DNA of 64,000 nucleotides from Amoebidium appalachense (Eukaryota > Protista > Ichthyosporea). The translations under genes were made by a program, and so were the position numbers. The stretch lies in NCBI GenBank assembly GCA_963693365.1, contig CAVNZM010000017.1:1-64000 (forward strand), written 5' to 3'. Positions 1 through 38,579 of this stretch are shown in pieces (positions within the stretch are counted from its first letter, which is position 1; every line of letters starts with the position of its first letter). The notes under the pieces are model-generated. The model saw only the letters and a program-made list of their open reading frames with translations. It was not told the DNA's origin and did no database searches.

Positions 1-167
1 CATTGGATATGCACTCGCGGGGTTCTATGTACATCCATTGGTGCATCGGGTATCGGATCGAGCAGATTACGACACATCCATTGGACGTCGGGGAGCAATG
101 ATATGTATTTGGGGTTAGTTTTGGAGGTGTTGAGGGGTTTCCGATGTCGTCGGGTAGTTTACGACAG

Positions 168-385
168 CTTTTGGATGCCGCAACAAGATTGCTGATGGTG
201 AGCAAGTGAAGAACGCTGATGTCAGCGAGGAAGAGGGGGACAGGGACGGCGACGCCAGCGAGCGCGATGGGGCCGAGGGCAGCGAGGCCGAGGGCAGCGA
301 GGATGAGGGCAGCAAGAAGAGGGTGCGCAATGAGGAGGAGGATGAGGAACGCGCCACCGTGACCAAAAAAAGCAAGGAAGATTAA
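168..385 (+). CDS. Probable terminal exon of a gene starting upstream of the window (acidic low-complexity tail)
   Basis: Acceptor ttacgacag| at 167, then an open frame FGCRNKIADGEQVKNADVSEEEGDRDGDASERDGAEGSEAEGSEDEGSKKRVRNEEEDEERATVTKKSKED ending in TAA at 383-385. Contains a 15-bp GCCGAGGGCAGCGAG repeat. Confidence 0.4.
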
Positions 386-419
386 CCCCCCCCCCCCCCC
401 CCCCCCCCCCAAACAATTA

Positions 420-1976
420 CAGGACTCGACCATGTTTAAGATTACGTGAATTTTGGGTCTAGCCAGCTGGAATCTTAATTTTTGGACCCCTAGCCTCCCC
501 TAGCCTACACAATCTTAAATTTATCAACCCCCCCCCCCCCCCCCCCCCAACACACACACACACACACACCCCACCACCACCACCACCACCACCACCACTT
601 ACACACACACACACACACAACCATCATCACCGCCTCCCGCGCGCGCGCGGGGAGGGGGGGAGGGGGGGGGGGGGGGGGGGGGGGCAACGTGTAAGTCTTC
701 AAACACAACTGTACTTGCAATATGTATGTTATTATTGCACCGCCGCCAAGGCGAGCAAGCATAGACAACATAGGAACTCCATATAGATATAATAAATCCG
801 GGAGTTACAGATGCTCTCAGGTCATGCTACTACACAGGACATCCAACCAAGGTTCATTTATTATTGACGATCATGATATCAGCTACATAGAAAAAACAAT
901 GTTTATTTAAAAATTAAAATTAAATTATTAAACTTATTTCAGAGCCAGCTGTAGACTAATGGCTCATCACTACTTTTAACTTTAAAGCCTGTGCTTGTCA
1001 AAATTTCTTCTATAAAGGGAGAAAACCTTAAGCTTGTACGTGTGTATGTATGTCTGGATGTATTACTAGGGAACAGATGCAGGCTACTATAACTTAAATT
1101 ATAAAGTGTGCACGTATGTGGGGGTGGGCACATGAACTTCACGGTGTGGCGCCTAATTGCAGAAAAACTTTTCAGTCAGAAAACGGGAGAAGGAAAAAAA
1201 AAGAAAGAAAGAAAGAAAGAAACAGAAAACCGTGCACGTGCACCCCTGTTTCGCATACATGCACGTATAAGCGCTTTTCTCAACGCGCTCAATTCTAACT
1301 ACTTCCTCTGCTCCTCTTTCGAGATGAATGTACCCTTTGACTTTGCCGTTTTGGTCCCGTTGTTTTATGCGTGTGTTTGTTATCTGATAAATACTCACTT
1401 TCTTGGTGGAGGAGGAAGAGACGGTATTTGGCCTGGAGAGTGTTTCGTTGGCTGCAGCTGGGGGCCCGGTGGCTGGGCTGGCCATAGTGACTGTGTCTGT
1501 GCGCGTGTTTGTGTGGGTTGTGCGTGTGTGTAGCGCGGGGTCGGCCGAAGCCACCGTAGCATCCGTACTAACAGTTGCAGTTGCTAAAACTGTGGATATT
1601 AGTTCCTGCTTTAAATCATCGACAGCATCATCAATCTTTGCGGAAAAATCATTCTTTATCTTTTTTGCAGCCTTATCCAGTTCACCTATACAGTCAAAAA
1701 CACTAGCTAGCCTGGTATGGCCGTTCCCCCCGTTTAGGGCGGACATTTTCCTGGCTCATTAAATACTAAGAAAGAGTAGATCTCGGAAAGATGTTACGAA
1801 AGTTCGAGGTGGAAATAAAAAGGTGATACTAAGCCGCACCGTCAGACCGTGTGCACACCGTGCTGACTGAGACCTTGATGCATGCAAGTGCCCGGCGCCA
1901 GCCGGCCGGTAGCGGCTGGGCCACTGATTGGCCCAAAAGCCCGCCCTTTTCATGATTACCCGCTATCAAGATCTAA

Positions 1977-2013
<37 letters not shown>

Positions 2014-2048
2014 CCGATGGTGTGTGTGCGTGTGCAAGGGGAGGGGGT

Positions 2049-2080
<32 letters not shown>

Positions 2081-2197
2081 CTAGCGAAAAATCTTAGAGG
2101 TAGACAGGAAGGTCCAGCCGGCTAGAATCTTAAATTTTCAAAAATTTCTAGCGCTACAATCTTAAATTAGGATAATCTTAATTCTGGTCGAGTCCTG
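420..2197. mobile_element. Non-autonomous TIR DNA transposon (TA-flanked, CAG termini; Tc1/mariner-superfamily-like)
   Basis: Left end TA|CAGGACTCGACCAtgtTTAAGATTA; reverse complement of the right end TA|CAGGACTCGACCAgaaTTAAGATTA (25 bp, 3 mismatches). TA on both flanks (418-419, 2198-2199). Subterminal AATCTTAA motif repeated near both ends. No transposase ORF seen. Confidence 0.75.
939..1746 (-). CDS. Hypothetical 208-aa cargo protein inside the TIR element (2 exons: 1746-1265, 1083-939)
   Basis: Exon 1 reads MSALNGGNGHTRLASVFDCIGELDKAAKKIKNDFSAKIDDAVDDLKQEL...RIERVEKSAY. Donor TATAC|gtgcat and acceptor tagtag|CCTG are both phase 2, which removes the low-complexity intron. Exon 2 reads LHLFPSNTSR...EPLVYSWL-TGA, followed by an AT-rich tract. 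CCAAT box about 180 bp upstream. Confidence 0.5.
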
Positions 2198-2489
2198 TAT
2201 CTTTGATTGTGCCCAGTGTGTTCAAGTTGATCTTGTGTTTTTTTCTTTTCTTTATTATTACGTCTTATAGTAGTAACAAAAAAACATGTGTAGTTTGTAA
2301 GCAAGAAGGTCACTGGACCCTGTAATAGTTCATAATCAAAAGTAAGTGTTGGATTGTGTGTCATATGCTCCTGGTGAGCATGACTTAGATAAAACTGGTC
2401 ATGCTCCTGTGGGGCATGACGTGTACATAAAGACTTGTGCTGCCGTCGTTGAGCAAGTGCCAGATCCCAACGAGGGGGGGGGGGGGGGG

Positions 2490-3450
2490 TATTGCATATC
2501 CAATTGGGCATTATTTATATATTAGACTACTCATCGAGATATATATTTAATGGACTGCTAAATTATATCAAACTGGATATCTAGTGCATATCCAGTCACG
2601 GAAGTGATGATATCCGATTGGATATCACTCATATATTAGATTAGTCCTTAGGATATACATGCAACGGATGAGTATTAGATATCACTGTGATATAGAATAC
2701 ATATCCAGACACGTTGTTCGGATTTCTGCCTATATGTCTATTTATATATATAATATATGCAAGGGCCGATATCTAAAGGGTGTCTTTTGGTCGTCTATCA
2801 CATCCATTTTCGTTGTTCATTTACTGATCCAGTGCATATATACTGGGATGCATGTTGGATATCTATGCTTTGGTCTACTTGGCAACTATTATTAGGTCTA
2901 TTGGTGACCTGACTGTATATAGTCAATATAGGTATTCTATGCCTATATACATAGCTATCTGTATATCTAATGAACCGCATTTTCGGTAATAAATCTATGC
3001 ACAACCTATATGTATTGCATATCAAATTACATCTCTTTTGTATCAATTACATATGATTTAGGTTACCCACAGCATATCAATTGGATCTCGATTGTGCACC
3101 TTTTATGCATGTTATATATATATATTACGTATCATAATGGATAGGGTTTTCGGCAGGTTTCCAGTCACTGGATACCTTCGTTGCATATCCCGTATATATG
3201 TTGTGCATGTGTATTTGCATATCTAGTGTTCGATATCCACTGGATATCACGTTTCCCGTGGATATCTAGTGGATCCCTAACAGTAGTTATCCAATGGATA
3301 TCAGGGTTTTAACAGATATCTATATACATATTAGCCGTATATATCCAAGATTAATATCCATTTATATTTACATATCTTAAACCCATGAACTGGATGTAGG
3401 GTTATGTTCAGGATGGGTTTGAGTATATGGATATCTTTAATGTATCTTTT
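2490..3450. repeat. TGGATAT/ATATCCA motif-rich AT-rich repeat block (possible TE subterminal region)
   Basis: Many short GGATAT/ATATCC motifs in both orientations. Similar texture at 1-110 and 7450-8050. Confidence 0.5.
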
Positions 3451-3999
3451 ATGGGTTCCGGATGTTTCGGCAAGATTGCTGATGATGACAAATGGAAAAA
3501 GATACCACACGACACTAGACCCGATGAAAGCATACACCTTGAAAAACTAAGCCTTATGTCTCGTTTTATATATACTGACCGCCTCAACCATATTGCCAAA
3601 TATGGCACTCGCAAATGTCATGATAACACCTAAATACATATTACCTTCCTGTAGAACTGGCCTTTCTCTAGCTGATGGTATTATTGATCAATTACCACGC
3701 TTTTACTGTACACGTGCTATACAGTGGAGATCTAATAAGTATAAGGTGGCATCATTTGCATGCCCAAACAACACACACACACACCAGTTTAACCGCTCAT
3801 GTATCGCCATATGTAGTTTGATAGACCACATAATACCGCAACACACACACGTCACATTCACAACAGACACCCAGAAAGATAGCCTACCTGTAAATTACAA
3901 CATCCTTAATTTTATACTAAACACGCGTAACTACGACCTGTTTATTAGATGTATTGATTGGCTTGAGAAACACATCACTACAAAATTCTAGCGCACGCG

Positions 4000-4076
<77 letters not shown>

Positions 4077-4414
4077 CAAGTTGATACCGAGTGTCCCAGG
4101 GGAGCCCCTTAAAAAAAAAACAAAAAAAAAAAACAAAAAAAAAACGGGGAACCCCAACTAATTGATTTCTCTTTGTAGTCTTTATGGTGTTTCGTAGAGA
4201 AAGTAAACACTGATATATAGTCATCACCCGACATCTATGTACGTGATCATGATATACCGCTGAGGGGATATTCCGAGCAAACCCCCCCCCATACCTGAGA
4301 CTGGTTTCTCTTTGCCTCGAGTAAACAGCGTAAACCCCATGCTGATTAATGGATAGATTCCATGCAACGACTGTGCCACGGTGTCGCAATGGAGGCTCTT
4401 GCGTCACAGCTTTT

Positions 4415-4463
<49 letters not shown>

Positions 4464-4873
4464 GTAGCAGCTGGACGGGGTAAAAATGATTATGCCCAGA
4501 CAGCAATGTACGTGGGTCCTACGTGCAAATTAACAACCCTTAAAAACGCGGTGTTTCCATGACGTTGCCCACAGAGAGAGGCGGAGCGGATCTCACCAAC
4601 CATTGATGTGCATAATAATCAATATTTATTTCCATTCGAATACGATAACAAGAAAGGCCATGGTCTCTTTGTAACCTCTACATGCTACAGGAGTGGACAA
4701 AACCGTTCTACAGTAACTATGCAGTGCACAACCATGACGAGCATATAAAGCATTCACAACCCCGTGTTCGTGTGCGCATTCATGTGTGTTTGGCGACATT
4801 CATACGGCTCAAGCAACCAGCCTGTTGACTACATCATGCTACCCTGATATTGAATTGCAGATGTGCACAAACA

Positions 4874-17101
<12,228 letters not shown>

Positions 17102-17483
17102 GTTTGCCACCAAATCACTCGCCCACTGGTGAATGGGGTTGTACCTTTGCTAAAAACGAGTATTTTAGTATGATCCTGCCAGCTATGCATATGTAAGCCC
17201 CTCAAGCACGGCTATTGCCTAACATGCTCGTGCTTTTCCTATTCTGCCACACTACAAAGAAAACTCCCTCACGACCAGTAGGCTAACACTCGCTGCCGCA
17301 GTGCCAGCCAAAGTGCAGACTTCACGCAAGGCTTTAGGATAGAATGAACCGCCAACATAGACAATCGTAATTCAGATTTGCATTCAATCGCCTATAATCG
17401 AGTTTGTAATCGGGCACAAAAAGTCACAAACGGCCAAGATCGGCTGAGAGATGCGATGGCAAAATCATTAAAAATAAGGTCAA

Positions 17484-17492
17484 TTTGGCGCG
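17484..17492 (+). promoter_or_regulatory. E2F-type motif TTTGGCGCG upstream of the TBRG1-like gene
   Basis: Matches the E2F consensus TTTSSCGC, about 380 bp upstream of the ATG in the divergent intergenic region. Motif match only. Confidence 0.3.
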
Positions 17493-19742
17493 CTTTCCGA
17501 CAGCCTCAGTGCATTTTTGGGTTTTTTTCTTGGACTGCCAGTTTGAAACTTGAACTTGAGGCTCCGCAAGCACTGAAATCAGTACACAGCCTGTCACAGT
17601 ACAGTACTCTCTCTCCCAAAGACAAATGGTGGTAACACTATCGCGCGCATATTCTCCCCTTCTTTCCCAGCCACCCTCTGATGTATTTAGGCAACCGTTG
17701 TATTCAAGAGCAGCCCGTACACTGAGTAGGTGTGGGCCGTGCATAGTTGGTGTTCTTTGGACCCGCGCTTTGTTGTGTTTCTAGTCCTTGCCTGGCCCAA
17801 AAAACTGATTTTTTTTCACTTTCTGCTGGAAAAAGGTGATGTGGGTTTAGTACCGTATCTGTGTTGTTGATGATGTGGGTTTAGTACCGTATTTTCTTCG
17901 TGTGCTGCAAATTATGCCACACACCCACACAACACAACATAAACACATGAATTCAGAATCCGGAACGCATGCAGGCCGCGTATGATACGCGCGCACACGC
18001 CACGTGTACATCAATACACGGCCACCTCGGCCTTGCCTTACAAAAGCCCCTCTACGCGGCTGGATTACGATGGCATTTTTCCACTTCATAATATTATACA
18101 CGTCTCCGGCATCCACGCTCTCCTTTCCCCCCAACTCCTCCCCCCCCCCCCCCCCCCCCCCCCCACCTCCCGCCCCTTCTTCCCCCCCCCCCCCCCCCCC
18201 CCCCCTCGGCCCCTCCTCCCCCACCCACCCACACACACACCCACCCACACGTACACACACCTCCTCGCTCATCTAGCTTTGATCGGGTTTACACACTTTT
18301 TATTGCGTGGACACTGCCGGGGGCCCAGCCACACTCGACGGCCTGCTGCGTTTTCCAGCGCAGCGAATCAAATGCAGCTAGTGACATATGTACATGCTAG
18401 GCAACAATTAGCGCCATCGTAGTATACGACACCCCTATTACATGTTATGGGTAAGCAGAGGCTAGCATCGGTAGCTCCGAAAGAAAGTTAAGACACCGTA
18501 TCACAATATCATACTGTGCAGCATTAATAAGGTGATCTAGGATAGTCATTTTAAAACGGATATATTGAGGAAGAGAGGGAGAAAAGAGAATAAAACCGCC
18601 AACAACCTCAGGTTCTATTACGTTAGCTAACAGGTTACACTTATTGATAGATATGCATCGGCGAGTAAACCGCCCCCCACACATATTAAACATACGAGCA
18701 GGAGACATCAGAAACCGATTACACCGCCAAGCCATAATCATCTTTGCGTTTTTACACCACACCCACGGCCCGCCGTGCACCACACCACATTACGAACAAA
18801 CGAAAACTGAGCCGCGCCGCACAGTGTCTCTTTTGTGAGCCGGGGGGATTCTTGGCGGATAGGCCTTTTTCTCATATAAATTTGCTGCTATTAATTGGCT
18901 GTTGACAGAAATACACGGCCAAGGGGTGTCCAATGTATCAGAGCTCATCGCCTTTGGCGTTCCTTCCGCCGAGCCTCGGCAAAGTTTTAGTTTTAGCTTT
19001 CTGTGTCGACCGCACTGCCAGAAGTTCATAGTTGAATGTTAGTGTAGATCCGTCTATACATCTAATTTGCTACTTCACTGCTAGCTGCTGTGGAGCTGAT
19101 ATAAAGCAGATTACCTGTACGCCAGAGGGTGGATGCAAGTGTACAGTCAGGGAGGGCAGGTAGCTTTCGCGTGGTTTCTTCCCAAAGTGAATCCGCCTGT
19201 TAGATCTCAACATCGAGTACACAAAGGGAGCTCCCAGCTACGCCTTTTAACTGCAACAGTACACTGGTAAGTATTGCGTCCTGCTGGGCCTCCAGTTTAT
19301 TCCAGCGTGGGATATAACTGGACTGGGCACATAATCTAAACCCGACTGCAGGCCTGCTGCCACAAAAGCAAACATGCAAGTGTTTTCGGTGCGAACTAAA
19401 CCGTTTTTTCGGGTGCTGTCTTTGAGCCTGGCAGGCTTAGAATGAACTATACGAACACCGCATTCCGGCAACCCTTATCCTTAGACTGTTTGTTTTGTAC
19501 TTTTCCTGTCTGCCTGGATGTTCATTCATACATGCTGTAGCTTTAACGTCCAATGCCCCTGTGTAAATATTTTTTCTGATGCTGAGTGATCCCCTCCACC
19601 ATACGTTCCCCCCCCCCTCCCCCCCCCCTCCCCTCTCCCCCCGCCCCCCCCCCCTTCCCCGCGCACGCGAAACTCCTCCATCACGTTTGCGTTGTGCACC
19701 GCATTTTTACCCGTGTGTACTCTGTACTTTTCAAAACGCTCG

Positions 19743-19779
<37 letters not shown>

Positions 19780-20074
19780 ACACACACACACCCATCCCAC
19801 CACCTGCCGCCCCCCTTCCCACATCCGAATTCTCGCGTACTGTGCCAAGGCAACCACTCAGGATGGGCTGTACTCGTAGTTTATGCTCTTTTTGTGTGCT
19901 TTGTAAACCATGGCACGTTGTCCGTCGTGAATCTGTACTTCGTACTCTTGCATTCTCACATTCGTAGCCCCTTCCCCCACCGTCCATACACCCTTTTTAG
20001 ATATACAGCATCACATTCTTAACCCCTTCCGCCCTCCAGAAACCCCTTTTAAGGGATAATGGGCCACCGGCAAC

Positions 20075-33287
<13,213 letters not shown>

Positions 33288-34086
33288 CATGTGTTATGGG
33301 TAGGGTGCTTTAATTTATGGTGGTATGGGTAGTGTATTGTGCAGCTAAAAAACTGGGAATTGAAAAGAGAAGTGTGTGTGATCTAGTGTTGCTCCGATAA
33401 GCAACAGAGTATGATTCAGAAGGCCGAACTACCCCTTTCTGTTTCGTGTTGATAGCCACTCCCCCGCATGTTTTCTCCCTACCTCTCTCTATTTTTATAA
33501 TTATCGCCAAGGCTTTAACTTTGTTCTCTTGCATAGAATTTTGTGCTGAAGTTGTCTTTTGTTCGTTTTGTTTATGCTGGTCGTTTTTTCTTGCTAGTGT
33601 GTGACTATATCAATCAATGCATTGTCATATTGTGATGAATGGACTGGCACAGTTAGTGACCTTAAAGATTACTAAGTTTTACATCTGTTTGTGCAATCAC
33701 CTACCTGCATGTACTGGATTATTCTCATACACAGACCTATTCCTGAACAACAAATACTATCCTCGAACAGCTTGTTGTATGGCGCACGCACATCAGTTGC
33801 CCTTTGAAGTTGGAATCGATAAATACCGTCCAGTAATGATATAATGCAGAACACCATCCATGCACACGCCTACTAAAATATAATAGATATTATAGCTCGG
33901 CATATTTCTGCCCATGCGCTGGAGTGTGTGTTTCTTGTTCCATTTCATCAATTGCTGTCTAATGGTGTGTATACGCTGCTAGCAGGTTAATATGACAGCC
34001 GATAGCCCCGACGGCAATGGTACAAAATAAACACGTTCTACTAAAGGGCCAGTTCTAAAAATCGTGTCCGTGCTATCCTGAACATT

Positions 34087-34168
<82 letters not shown>

Positions 34169-34210
34169 GGCAGGTATGCCAGTAGCTAGTATGGCCGGCT
34201 CGGTCCGGTC

Positions 34211-34268
34211 CAACGTCAGCTAGCTGGCCAGCTAGCTGACGTTGCCTTGTAGACTGTGTATATCTAGT
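34211..34268 (+). repeat. Perfect 34-bp palindrome followed by CTAGT (Helitron 3'-end-like)
   Basis: CAACGTCAGCTAGCTGG|CCAGCTAGCTGACGTTG at 34211-34244; CTAG-T at 34264-34268. Confidence 0.55.
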
Positions 34269-35954
34269 CTAGAGCTTTGGCGCCGTCATGAAGTATTGTG
34301 AATTTGGTTTAAAGTTCTAAAACTGAAACTCTATCGTGTTTTTATGGATTTTAGGGTGCGGCGGCCCTAACATAATGGCCGGCCATAGGCAAGCACTACT
34401 AATAGTAAATTCAACGGTTGCGATTGGTTGCTTGCACAGTTCATATATAGATGGTGGCGCACGTGTCACTGATTCCCGTTTATGTGCAAGCTGCAAACAA
34501 CCGGTTAAGAGAATCGAGGTCATGCTGAGCTGGGCCATTAGGGGGAAGAGGGAGTGTATAGTGAATTTTATTCCGATGGGGGCATCAGACCGGGCCACGA
34601 TTCTTCTGAATGGACATAAAGTACAGTTGCCATAGACACGACGAGATATAGCCACTGAGATAGCTTCACCAGATATCCAACAAGATGTACCAAGTCTTAG
34701 AATGAAAATTCTTCCGTAGGACTGCAAAAAGCTGCACGTATGAGCTCAACTCCGAGGGTCAACAGTTGCTAAATTGTTAGCATGCAGAGTAAACTGCATA
34801 GAAAATGTCATATTTTTTTCCTATTCAACAAATAGTCTAAGGTAGTGACATTGGGATGGAGGGTAAATGCCTGCAACCGAACAGAGACCGTCTGAATCTG
34901 GAATTTATCATGCTACATCGGTCTTACTATTTCATTTTAATTTTATCCCGTTTTGTTCCCGGAGGCGGACCCCTTGGGGCCATCATGGGGAACTACCATC
35001 TTCCACCCAGCACCGACAACATCGGTCTTACCAGGTGCTTCCTGTCGAATCTATTATCACAGAAGTGACACCTGCGGTTATCAATACCGTATTAATACGT
35101 CAGTTACGGTAAGGCTGCCCAAACTCAATGCTTGGGCAAGGTAGCGGCCCAAAGGAACCATATAAGGAGCCTCAATAGAACGTAAAAAAACATCAATAGG
35201 ATGCTGCGGGATATCATTGACTTGCTTTTCCTCAGGGCCTAAAGTGGGTCAAACTTGGCTATCTAAAATATGCGAATTCGAAACTCGTTGTCCACTATCT
35301 GCATTTCAAAATAAAGGAGATATATACAGATGAACAGAAAGAGGACGGTGGAAAAGAGTCTGTATGGGTGATTATGTGTATGTGTGTGCTTGATACGGTG
35401 AATTAGGTGAGTCAACCTGTGGTGGAAAAAGTTGGAGAAGAGGATGCGGAGTAGGTAAGAATATGTACGGTCGTGGACCATAAAAAATGGGCAGTGCCGC
35501 TAAGTCTAAAAATGTGGGCGGTCGCCGACCATAACTGAAATGGGCAGTGCTACAAATGCGCGCGGTCATCACCCGGGGGGGGGGGGGGGGGGGGGGGGGG
35601 GGAGGGGGGGGGGGGGGGGGGTCGAGGAAGGGGGGGAGGGGGGGGGCTGGGGGGGGGGGCTGGGGCTTAAATTGAAATCGGAACACGCCGCACCAGTTCC
35701 TAGATCTATTGGCTGTTGGAGCATCCCTTGCATAAGTTGATGCCGTCTGCACTAATCAGTTTTGGCCTGCTGATGCGCTCAAATTCGTGATCTGCAACGG
35801 CCCAGATTTCAGCCGGTCTCGGGCTGTGTCAGTTCAGAACTCTTGAGTACTAGGAAAAGTGTACGAGTGACTCCTCTGACTTATTTTCATGGCCGAGAGC
35901 TTAGCGTCCACACGCAACACTCTAGCACCCTAGCAGCAACATATACCCGCCAGC

Positions 35955-36264
35955 ATGGCAGCCGCGGTACGTTTTCCCTCCTCTAACCCCTTTGCTGCAC
36001 TTGAACTGGACTTGCATGCCCCCCCTTTTCTGCCCGGCTCCCGCACAGTTCTGTTACTTTACTGCCCCATGACGACACCTTGCTTTGGCACACGTGTGCC
36101 TTCGACTAAAAGCTCTCATGATTGTTAATGAGCATTGCTAATAAGTCCCCTCTGTTTCTCTGCGCTTTAAGCTGGATGATCATAGTCCTGATCATAGAGT
36201 CTGTTCCCCCTCCCCCCCTCCCCCCCCCCCCCCCCCCACCACCACCACCACCACCACCACCCCA

Positions 36265-36305
<41 letters not shown>

Positions 36306-36413
36306 CACACATACACGCACACACACAGTTATACGTGACACACACACACGCACGCGCACGCACACGCACACACACACGCGCGCGCACACACACGCACACG
36401 CACAAGCACGCGC

Positions 36414-36483
<70 letters not shown>

Positions 36484-36897
36484 CGCACACACATACACAG
36501 AGAGAGAGAGACATAGGCACATGCACACACACACATGCACTCACACCGTGGCTCATCCTACCTGCAATCACCACTGTCACCTCTGACTCGGTGACGCTTG
36601 GCCACGACATCTGCTCCCTATTGTCGTGTGCATATGTCTTTCTAGACGGTGAAGGGGTGACACTCATAGTGTGGGTGTGTGGGTGTGTTGGGTGGGGTAC
36701 AGGGTTCGCAACTGACACTTTCTTTTGCGCAGAAAAGAGTGGACGTGAGGCAACTGCTCAAACAGCAGGCGGCAGCGCCAAAGGCAAAAGTGGACCATCC
36801 ACTGGCCAAATATCACACATACCACACGGGCCGGGTGATATTCCTCTTTCGGTGGGGGGGGGGGGGGATATGCAATGAAGAGCTGGTTGGTGTTTGT

Positions 36898-36928
<31 letters not shown>

Positions 36929-38449
36929 GGGGGGTATGCAAGGAGAATCTCTTTATGTGTGGACAAAAGAGGAAGTACACACACACACCCGCAAAAAAAA
37001 ATTCTCATCGCTAAATTGACATAGCATTGCTTTTCGAGTCACATAGCATCAACCTGTCCCCCCCCCCCCTCCTCCCCCCATACGCACACACACACACACA
37101 CTTTATAATGCACCTCCCTTTAACCCATATTCCGACAATGCCTTAACCCCGCACACATACAATGCTGCTGGGCAGTTGACCTGTGTGGTGTGCTCTGTGC
37201 CCGTCAAGTCTGACCCCCTGTGGCCTGCACATCTACGCAGCAAACAGCACAAAGACGTACGCCATCCCAGCCCCCCTCCCCCCCCTCTGGGGTGCCCGAT
37301 GTTGTGGCGCTGCTCATGTTGAATACTGCGTGTTCCTGTTGCTGCATACTTGCATGTTTGCTTTAGCATGCCATTACGTGTCCTATGTTCTGCACTGTGT
37401 CTCTTATCGGGCAGCTGTAGTTTCTATCGTGGTCTGTATTCACCCCCCCCCCCCCCTCTTCCCCCCCCCCCCCCCCCCCCTGCCCACCGCCTCCCTCCCT
37501 CTCTCGTAAAGCCTGCCCACCTAACCACCCTTCCAATACCACCAGGCAGACCACGTGCATGCCTGGATGCTTTGTGAAACTAGATGTGCATGCAGATATA
37601 TCTGTGCATGCACATATATTTGTAGGTTTCTCCTCTGCTGGCTCACACATGCACAGCCATACATGCAGACATACCAACACATGCAGCCCCACTTCTACAT
37701 ACGGCCTTTCTTTCCGTGCACTGCCCTTTGGAATTCAGCTGTACATATCGTGCATACATACCCTCCCCTTACCTCCTCTCTGTTTTGCCCTCCCATATAC
37801 CTACCCTAATGTTCATTTCTGGATATGTTTCTACCCAAATCCCCCCCCCCCCCCTGCCCCCCCCCCCCCTTCCCCGCCCCCCGGTCCCCACGTGAGTGCA
37901 CGCACACGCGCACACACATGTACACACACACCCACACACGGACACCCCCCCCCCCCCCCCCCCCCCCCACACACACACACATACATACACTCATGCACTT
38001 GTACACACACACGTATACACATGTGCACGGGCACCTACACCCACGCTTGCACACACCTACACCCATGCATGCACACACCTACACCCATGCATGCACACAC
38101 CTACACCCATGCACACACTGACAAACGCCCACGCATACACATACCATCACCCACACATGCACACACCATCACCCACACATGCACACACCTAAACCCATGC
38201 ATGCACACACACAGACACACACCTACACCCACACATGCACACACCGTCGCCCACACATGCGCACTCCATCACCCACACATGCACGCACACTGACATACAC
38301 AACCCACTTAGGCTGTAGAAGCATTGAAGCAAAAAAAGGCCCAAGGCTCAGCGCCAAATGCATCGACCAAACGACCACACGATGGGGAGGGAGACCACAC
38401 AGCAAAGCGCAAGAAAGGTATGTGGAGTGCTTATACCCCGGTATTTGCT

Positions 38450-38482
<33 letters not shown>

Positions 38483-38547
38483 GCTTGTGCATTGGTGTAT
38501 GTGGCTGGGTGTCTGTATCACTCCGTGTGTGTGTGTGAATGTTTTTT

Positions 38548-38579
<32 letters not shown>

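Noticed and set aside
18420-19480. Gene or transposon in the complex sequence between the divergent TBRG1-like and LRR genes
   Set aside because: Short ORFs without recognisable motifs, and no terminal repeats or phase-consistent exon chain found.
34317-35260. Degenerate retrotransposon integrase/RT fragment
   Set aside because: Only a vague resemblance in stop-interrupted frames, with no catalytic motif identifiable without a search.
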